DNA of 64,000 nt from the human T2T-CHM13v2.0 reference genome, Homo sapiens: the NCBI RefSeq assembly GCF_009914755.1, contig NC_060929.1, one strand, 5' to 3'. A program made the translations under genes and the position numbers. Every line of letters begins with the position of its first letter. The stretch's first letter is position 1. The notes beneath the pieces were generated by a model. That model was given only the letters and a program-made list of their open reading frames with translations, was not told where the DNA came from and searched no databases. Below are positions 55,573-64,000 of this stretch, piece after piece.

Positions 55573-55656
55573 AGAGTATTTTCTAGAGGAATTGTAATAG
55601 CGGGACAATCTGGAAGAAAAGACAAAGAAGGTCTCTTTTGTCTTTAACTTAGACCC

Positions 55657-57102
55657 TACATTAGTTGCTATTGTGATATAACAGATTACCACAAATGTAG
55701 TGGCTTAAACAACATTCATTTATTGTCTCACAGTTTCTGTAGGTCAGGCTTGGCTTAAATGCTCAGTCTCACAGTAAGAGACAAAATAAGAAATGTATAT
55801 TTGGTCTTTGCTCCTAGTTCCTGGCACAGAGCTTTTAAAATCCTTGTAATTTCTTGAGCGATAGAAGCATCTTTTGTTACAATATTTAGTTTTAGTCCCC
55901 AGTCTGACACAAAAGCTTCTAAGACCTTTGGAATCTCTGGAGTGGTAAGTGTCTCTTTTTGTGTGTGAATGAGATGACTGGTGGCTGGGGTCTCTAGATA
56001 GCTTCAGGATGAGGCTGGTTGCTAGAGGAACCAAACAGGTGATTAGAGGGTTAGAACTTTCAACCCCATCCCTTGACCTCTGGGGAAGGGTGAGGGGATC
56101 CAGATTGAGATCAATCACCAATGGCCAGTGGCTTAATCAACCATGCCTACATAATGAAACCTCCATAGAGACCCTAAACAACAGAGTTTGCAGAGCTTCT
56201 GGGTTGGTGAACACACTGATGTGCTGGAAGGTGTCACAGCCAGAGAGGGCATGGATGCTCCATGTCCCTTCCTACATACTTTGTTCTGTGCTCACTTCTA
56301 TTTGGCTGTTTCTGAGTTGTATCCTTTATAATAAACCAGTAACAGCATGTAAACTGTTTTTCTGAGTTCTGTGAACCTTTCTAGTGAATTACTGAACCCA
56401 AAAAGGGGACGGTACAATCTCCTGATTTGTAGCTGGTTGGTCAAAAGTATGGGTGGCCTAGACTTGGGATTGGCATCTGAAGCGGGGGCAATCATGTGGA
56501 GCTGAGCCCTCCACCATGGGCTGTATTAACACTGGGTAATTAGCGTTGAAATTGAATTTAATCACTGGACACACAGATGGTGTTCACAGAGAATTGGAGA
56601 ATCACTTGGTGTGGAAATCCCACACATTTGGTGTCAGAAGTGCTGTAAGTATAGAAAAAGAGTTTTCCATTTAGCTGCAATCAAGCCATCAGCTAGACTG
56701 AGTTCTCATCTGGACCCTGGGATCTTGGCCCAGGCTCATTCAGGTTATGGCAGAATTCAGTTCTTTACGGTTGTAGAACTGAGGCCTTTAGCTGCCAGAG
56801 ATCATTCTTCTCCATTGGCAATTCACAGCCTGGATGTTTGCCTCTTCAAGGCCAGCAAGAGGGTCATGCTAGCTCAAGGAGGGCTCCAGTCCCTTTTAAA
56901 GAACTCACTTGATTAAGACCACCAAAGATCATCTCCCTTTTGATTAACTCAAAATTGATTAAGAACATTTATTACATTTGCAAAAATAGCACAATCACAA
57001 GAGTGATATTCCATTATATCACAGATTCTATCCACTCTGAAGGGGAGGGAATTATACAAAGACATGGATCATTAGAGGTCATTTTAGAATTCTTATTCCA
57101 CA
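55657..57102 (-). mobile_element. MLT1E-like LTR split by a MER21 insertion
   Basis: 'attaccacaaatgtagtggcttaaacaac...tctcacagtttctgtagg' (55657-55772) and 'ggcagaattcagttc...cattttagaattcttattccaca' (56670-57102). Confidence 0.75.
55773..56669 (+). mobile_element. MER21A/B-like LTR
   Basis: 'ttcctggcacagagc...atagcttcaggatgaggctggttgctaga...ttagagggttagaactttca...cacacatttggtgtcagaagtg'. Confidence 0.8.
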
Positions 57103-57890
57103 AGTCTTAAATCCAGCTTTATTTAGCTGAATTATTACATCCAATTTTCCAGACCTCAAAACAGGTTCTCCAGTCAGAGGTTCAAGGCACAGATAAATCA
57201 CAGAAATTCTGAGGCCCTCCTGGTTATGAACCAGCCCTCTTTCCACAGAGAATTCCCATATCACTTTTCCTACTAGATTTCTTACAGTTGTGCTGGACTT
57301 ACTAAAAGAGGTGTGCAATGCTTTCTCTTCACAAGCCCCTGCCATTCACCTAAAAGCACAATATCTAATTGTAGATCAGAAGCATAGGAGAAAAATTGCC
57401 TCACAATTTTAAATCTATAAATCATCAGTGTTTGTACAATTGAGCAATGGTAAATCTACAATGCTTTTGTCTTTCCCAATGACATTTTAAAGATAATTCC
57501 TTATTTTCTTGTGAAAAGTTAAAATATAATCTTGTTCAATTTTCTGCATTACTGATACTGTGCCTTAATGTATTTCAGGAGCAATGATGTTCTATTTGAG
57601 ATGTGCTATCTTGTCACCGTATTGATTTTTTGGTGCATGTGATGGAGTAAAAAGGAATATCTATTGACTTCTGCTAAGACATTGTTCATAACATTAAATA
57701 TTTTTGCTTTCCAACATTATTGAATCAGAGCAGTGAAACTGAAATCAGTAAAAATTAATTTCCAATAATTTTAAATACTCTGAAATACTAACTGTTTTCT
57801 CTAGCTTTTTCTTGCCCTCTTGAAAACCGATAATGATTTCTGTTTGGAATTTTATTTCAGTGATCTCAGAGTACAATTCTGAAATGATTA

Positions 57891-58304
<414 letters not shown>

Positions 58305-58629
58305 TTAAAACTCTCAACAAAATCCTACTATTTTTCCCATGTGAGGCAGATGGGCTGTTGTGTTGGAGTGATACAAAGGCATACAATGAGTAGGCTGTTA
58401 ACAGCAGTCACTTGGTAGGACAAAAACTGTGGTGCATCACTGTAGCATACAGCCAGAGGAATTCTTAAAAGACAAAACTACAATGCTGCGTGCCAGAGCC
58501 CATTGGAATATATAATACTCACTAAAAATAATGGAAAAGAATACAAATCCTTGCAGTTCTCATTTGGGAATATTCACTAACTTCACCAATAACGTTTTAG
58601 TTAATATGATGCTAAGTATAATAATGTTG

Positions 58630-58631
<2 letters not shown>

Positions 58632-58660
<29 letters not shown>
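58632..58660. repeat. (GAT)9 trinucleotide repeat
   Basis: Direct count. Confidence 0.95.
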
Positions 58661-58819
58661 AAACAGATTATCAGAGGACTTACTTTATGCCTTTTTCTAA
58701 AACCTTATGTGTAGAATCCCATCTACTCTTTAGAACAAGTGTAGGAGGCAGATGCTTTTGTTATCCCCATTTTGAAGCTTATTCAGTGACTTAGTTCTGG
58801 TCTGACACCAGACCTGTGC

Positions 58820-59220
58820 TGTAGCAAATGCTGTGGGTAGCCAGCCATATCCTGTCTGCACTCTCAGTTCTCCTACACAGTATCTCCAATTCCAATCTCA
58901 AGCTCCTACGACTTTATGCAGCCACAGGAGTGCGTTTGGCCCATGCATAGGCCAGGCCACAGGTACAATGTCTTTGGGAGTAGGGCTTAACAGATGGCAA
59001 ATGGGAATTGCTAAATAAATACCCATCTTTTTGGTTCCTCAGTGGGACTTGCTGAGAACTCTACACTTGTCCCAGAGGTCCCAGAGGCCCTCTTAATTCA
59101 CCCTGTGTTGGCCCTCAACCTTCCTTTTATCTGCCTTAGCACTGCTTTCCGGAATTGTCTCTCAAAGAAAGACAAATTCCTGTCTCAGAGTATGCTTCTG
59201 AAGAACTCAACTTAAAAACA
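58820..59220 (+). mobile_element. LTR16-like ERVL LTR
   Basis: 'tgtagcaaatgctgtgg...' to 'tcctgtctcagagtatgcttctgaagaactcaacttaaaaaca'. Confidence 0.55.
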
Positions 59221-60944
59221 TGGTCTTTTCTTCTATGACAGACTGCTAATAAAATATCATTTAAAAGAAATTAACTGAAGTTTGAGAATTTTTAAACTTG
59301 ATTATGCTTTTGGGAAAAGCCATTTATTTTAGTTATTCTTATAACTTACACTCACAGAATTTCTTTAATAAAGAACAAAGCTTTGTTCATTCTTTTTCAA
59401 TTCAACTAGGATTTATTTTCAGATAACTTTTTTTCAATACGTAGTAAGTTCCCAAAACACTAGAAGTTTTAGAAAAAGTTAAACATACAATGTTTGTAGT
59501 CATTGCCTTTGAGTACATTTTGACATAAAACTAGAATCCTTTAAAATACTAAACAACTCAGCAGTCTACACTTTAAAAATGTTTAGAGGGATAAATTGAT
59601 CATTCTTCAACTATGAAGAAAATTTCACTTCAGGTCATAATTACGGAGCATCTACACGTATTCACAGTGGACAAAATCTATGCAATACAGAAGTGTAAAA
59701 CAACACCTGGAACATAATAAATGATGAACTCATGCTGTAAAGATAATGTCTCTTTTTTTCCCAGGACTATTTTCTCTTCATAGAGCCATGACTTTACATT
59801 TCAAAGGGTTGCAAAGACCTAGGAACCTTCCCTTATTTTCCCAAGAGATGATTTGTTTATATTAGAAAAACTAAATCTTTTTCTCTCTCTCAAGATGGGA
59901 TGAGGGGCTGCTGTGCAACAGCTTTTACAGAAACTCTAAATGGCATAGTTTTGGGGCTCCTCTCCAGCAATCCAACCCACTGTAAATGCAGCTGCCATCT
60001 GTTCTCATTGCATCCCTCCACAGGGGGAGAGTACAGATGGGGAACTGAACCGTAAATAATGTCTGGCCTCTGATCTAGAAACTTTGTGTTTGCTTTTAGG
60101 ATGAAATAAAGAAATGTAGGCATTAAAAACTTATCAATAAAATGTTCTTGGGAGTGAATCTTTAAATTGGCCTGCAAAGGGCCTTTTCACTTGCAAACAA
60201 GATTGCAATAGATTTCAGACACATGCTCAATAACTAAATTGACTAAACGGTTTTTTCCCCACAATTCTGGGAAGACCCATTGAAATTCTCTGCTTCATAG
60301 GAACTACCAAAGTCAAGCAGATGTCAACCTTTCGATTAAGGAACAACACAAGAACACGCAAGATTCTGTCCTCCTAAGAGCAGCTATGACCAACAAACTA
60401 CCAGACTTTTCAAAGACATGGCAATTTGAGCTCAGGTTCAGAGCTCCCTATGTCAAAGTCTATGACCATTTGAACTGGCTCTTATTCTGTGGTTTATGGT
60501 ATCTTGTCATCTAACCGTAGGCCTTAGAGAAATGAAATTGGCCTGAAGGCCTGAGTGAGGCTGGAGGGACAATTTAGTATACAAAGGACATCAGGAGCTC
60601 CAGGAAGAAGAGCCAGAGAGTTTCACGGGTATCTAGAGAGTGTCTTAAATCTGAGGAATTCTGTGGTCTGTGTTTTGTATTTGAGGAATTCCATATAGCT
60701 GTGTTACTAGAGTGTGATCAAAACTCTTAGGAAAATAGCCTACGGTGAGTAAATAATCCTTTACTGAGATCTTTTGGCTACATTTGTAGTTTGTCCTAGG
60801 AAGCTTTTTTAACATACAGTTTGTGGTCATAGTTTCATTTATTTACCTATGTGTTAAAATTGTATATAGTAATTGGTGTGGCAGTTTTCTGTTTGTCTGC
60901 CTGTGACTGCAAGTGATTATCTGTAGTGTGTGTATGTTGAGGGG

Positions 60945-61492
60945 TGTGATGGTTAATACTGAGTGTCGACTTGATTTGATTGAAGGATGAAAAGTATTGT
61001 TCCTGGGTGTGTCTGTGAGGGTGTTGCCAAAGGAGATTAACATTTGAGTCAGTGGACTGCAAAAGGCAGACCCGCCCTCCATCTGGGTGGGCACAATCTA
61101 ATCAGCTGCCAGCAGGGCTAGAATAAAAGCAGGCAGAAGAATGTGGAAGGACTGGTCTGGGTAAGTCTTCTGGCCTACATCTTTCTCCCATGCTGGATGC
61201 TTCCTGACCTTGAACATCAGACTCCAAGTTCTTCAGCTTTTAGACTCTTGGATCTACACCAGTGTTTTGCCAGGGGCCCTTGGGCCTTTGGCCACAGACT
61301 GAAGACTGCACTATCGGCTTCCTACTTTTGAGGTTTTGGGACTAGGACTGGCTTCCTTGCTCCTCAGCTTGCAGACGGCCTATTGTGGGACTTCACCTTG
61401 TGATTGTGTGAGTCAATTCTCCTACGAAACTCCCCTTCATATATACATCTATCCTATTAGTTCTGTCCCTCTAGAGAACGCTGACTAAGACG
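60945..61492 (+). mobile_element. MLT2A2-like (HERV-L) solo LTR, 548 bp
   Basis: 'tgtgatggttaatactgagtgtc...gggtgggcacaatctaatcagctgccagc...ttctgtccctctagagaacgctgactaagac'; TSD agggg / ggggg. Confidence 0.92.
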
Positions 61493-61526
61493 GGGGGCAG
61501 TGAGATTCTTTAGATATCTTTTACAT

Positions 61527-61682
61527 CCGTGGTTCTCAAACTTCAACATGCATCAGAATCACATAGAAGGTTTCTTAAAACACAGATTCGTGGGTCTCAT
61601 TTCCAGAGTTTATGATTCAGTAGGTCTGGGATGGGGCCCAAGAATTCACAAGTGTGGGTACCAAACTTTGAGAATCACTTCT
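61527..61682. mobile_element. MER5A
   Basis: 'gtggttctcaaactt...atgcatcagaatcac...tgattcagtaggtctgggatggggcccaagaatt...actttgagaatcact'. Confidence 0.85.
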
Positions 61683-62746
61683 CTATATCTACAACTACCC
61701 CTTTTCTTAGTGCTTTTCTAAAAATTAAGGGTGACTATGCATGTTATAAGAACATCGTGTTAAATGAGTAAGTCCACTTTAAAAATAAAAGGAGAGGAAA
61801 GAATCTGATTGCTAATTTCACCAAGAACTTGAAAAGAAAGTGAGACTCTCCTTGCAGAGTGAATTGAAGACATAGCTGTAATTCTAAAAAGACAGAACAA
61901 ACAATTGAGCAAGATGACTTTCTTTTCTGGGGAAAGAGTTATCCCTAAACAATGTTAAGATAGAACTTTTCTTTTTGACAAATTACCTTTGCTTTCCTCC
62001 CAAGGGAAATCAGCAAAATTGTATAGTCTCTCAAATGGAATAGAGCTCATATTTTGATTGGTTTTTGAGATTAATAGATGCATAAAAATTTAGAATAAGG
62101 ACTTGCAAAAGCTCCCCACCCCCACACAAATGGAAGTAAAAAATGCTCAAAAGGGAATGATAGAGTTCTAGTTAATAGGTGTCTCAGTTACTAAGATAAG
62201 GTGAAGAACAAAAGATATGCTAACAGCCTGCCCTTAAGAAACCTTTTTGTCTCAAGACTTTAAATCAAGACTTAAAGGTGTTAATATTACTTGGCAAATA
62301 AATGTTAAATAATTATAAAATTATTCTTTTTGGTTCACTTAATTAAGTATTCAATATTTCTGATCACAGAAAACAGTTGAGCAACTTAAATTGTTTTGTT
62401 AAATTGGCTTAAAAGACAGTTAAATGTTTTCTCTGCCTATATCACTGAGTGGGATATAATATTTAAAGCAAACATTTACTTCATGTAAATCAAATTTATT
62501 TTCTGAAAGGAGGCCTAATTAACTGAAAAAATTTGTATACATGTCTTATAGAACATGTACGTGATTACACTGAAAGTTATCCTCATTACACTAAAAATTA
62601 AAGACCGTGTGGATGTAAACTTGAATGTAAGTAAATCGAATTAGAATAAGTCATGCCTTTGTTTTGAAAAATGTGGTTGTTGTCAACTTCAGGCAATGCT
62701 GCATGCTATTTCATTAGGATTCCTTGAGTAAAATTTTAGGATACTA

Positions 62747-63071
62747 TAGCCATTTCCCATTATCCATGGGGGATTGGCTCTAGGATGCCCCGTGGATACC
62801 AAAATACATGGATGCCCAAGTCCCTGATAGAAAATGGTGTTGTATTTGCATATATCCTACACGCATCCTCTTAGACTTTGAATCCTCTCTGGATTACTTA
62901 TAATATCCAATACAATGTAAATGCTAAGTAAATCATTGTTATACTGTATTGTTTATGGTATAATGGCAAGAAAAATTGTACATGTTCAGTAGAGATGCAA
63001 CCAACCATATTTTATTCTGAATATTTTCAGTCCAAGGTTGGTTGAATCCATGGACATGGGAGGGCCGACTG
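62747..63071. mobile_element. MER2 (second copy)
   Basis: 'tatccatgggggattgg...ataccaaaat...tggttgaatccatgga...gagggccgactg'. Confidence 0.85.
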
Positions 63072-63519
63072 CATGTTTCTCTGATGAGTTTTGATATTAA
63101 CAGTAGTTGTATTGCTTTGTCATGCCAATATAAATTACAATTCCATGATCCATAATTCACTTGAGACATGGATATTTTATGACCATGGTCAATTATTTAA
63201 AAAAATAAGCAAACAGAAAGAATAATACAGGTTTGATATGTTGAGACAAACTAAAATTGCTAAACTATTTATTGTTTTACCTTGTCAACATTGTATCCCT
63301 GGCTAACAGAGGAGATGGACTATCTATGGCTAAGATAAGACTCTCAAGAGAAAATGAGCTAAGGTACTCGATCACCACAGAGCAGTTTATTTTTTATGCC
63401 AATTTTAGGTTTGTAGCAAAATTGAATGGGAAGTACAGAAAGTTCCATGTACTTCCTGCCCCCACACTTGCATAGCCTCCCTAGTGTTAATATCCCAAAA
63501 ACTCGTGCTTCAACATGCT

Positions 63520-63964
63520 GAGAGACCTTTAAAGCTGCCTCAGAATCAAAATCCCTCTAACCTTGTCTTATTTCCCCTGACAAGTGTAGGAAAGAGCTCT
63601 TTCTGGAATTCTTTATCTTACTGACAAAAATTTCTTCCAAAAGAAATGCAATTTTTCTTAAACCCCTTTCCTAGGAACATCAGATAACCATGAAAGCTTA
63701 ACCATGGAAAAAGAGAAGAGACTGGGAGTCATCACCATGGCTAGACTGACTTTTCATTTATTCTTCTGAGAACAGCTCAGGGAGATTACTCAAACATCTG
63801 GCCTCTCTTTGAGTTCATATTCTGTACAACTCACGTGTACACACGTGCATGTAGTAAATGTGTTATGCTTTCCCCTTGTCCACCTGTTTTTATTGTTTTG
63901 GGCATGTCAGTCATGACTCTTTATAATGGGGAAGGGAGGGATTACCCTCTTTCTGCCCCTGTAC
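63520..63964 (+). mobile_element. MER34-like ERV1 LTR nested in an old L1 3' fragment (about 63385-63497 and 63965-64000, - strand)
   Basis: 'gaagagactgggagtcatcacc...gacttttcatttattcttctgag...tttgagttcatattct'; flanking L1M motif 'ttttaggtttgtagcaaaattga...gtacagaaagttcc'. Confidence 0.6.
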
Positions 63965-64000
63965 TACCTATCAACATCCCTCATCAAATGGTACATTTGT

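Noticed and set aside
58531-58794. Poly-Met ORF
   Set aside because: Produced by the (GAT)9 repeat next to a MIR; antisense to the host gene, with no coding features.
60016-60032. CTCF-like motif ctccacagggggaga
   Set aside because: Several mismatches to the core consensus CCASYAGRKGGCRS; too weak to call.

Overview
Primate (most likely human) genomic DNA lying entirely inside the MCTP1 gene, which is transcribed on the - strand. Three consecutive coding exons are visible: 19578-19720 (143 nt), 8680-8759 (80 nt) and 6419-6530 (112 nt). They splice in frame through canonical GT-AG sites and encode most of the first C2 domain (GTSDPYVKFK...VFDYDFGLQDDFMG...LTPKEGESRDV). The rest is intron, heavily filled with transposable elements: a full-length but decayed L1PA7-like element with a 17-bp target-site duplication (TSD), older L1PB/L1M fragments, about 11 Alu/FLAM copies, L2, MIR, MaLR/ERVL LTRs, MER2/MER5A and TA-rich tandem repeats. 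There are no prokaryotic systems, CRISPR arrays or RNA genes, and I cannot support a wholly new biological system. The most notable structures are: (1) an antisense full-length L1 whose antisense promoter, ORF0-like frame and splice donors point at an MCTP1 exon about 1.7 kb away, with a derived host-strand AATAAA (a 'gene-breaking' layout); (2) a 112-bp, 95%-identical inverted duplication around an old MLT1A LTR; (3) a template-switch scar combining a hairpin and a 59-bp tandem duplication; (4) a twin-primed L1 with a short 3' transduction; and (5) an apparently repeat-free island at about 46.5-47.7 kb with a 175-codon frame broken by one stop and flanked by splice donors. Repeat subfamily names come from remembered consensus sequences, not from a search.
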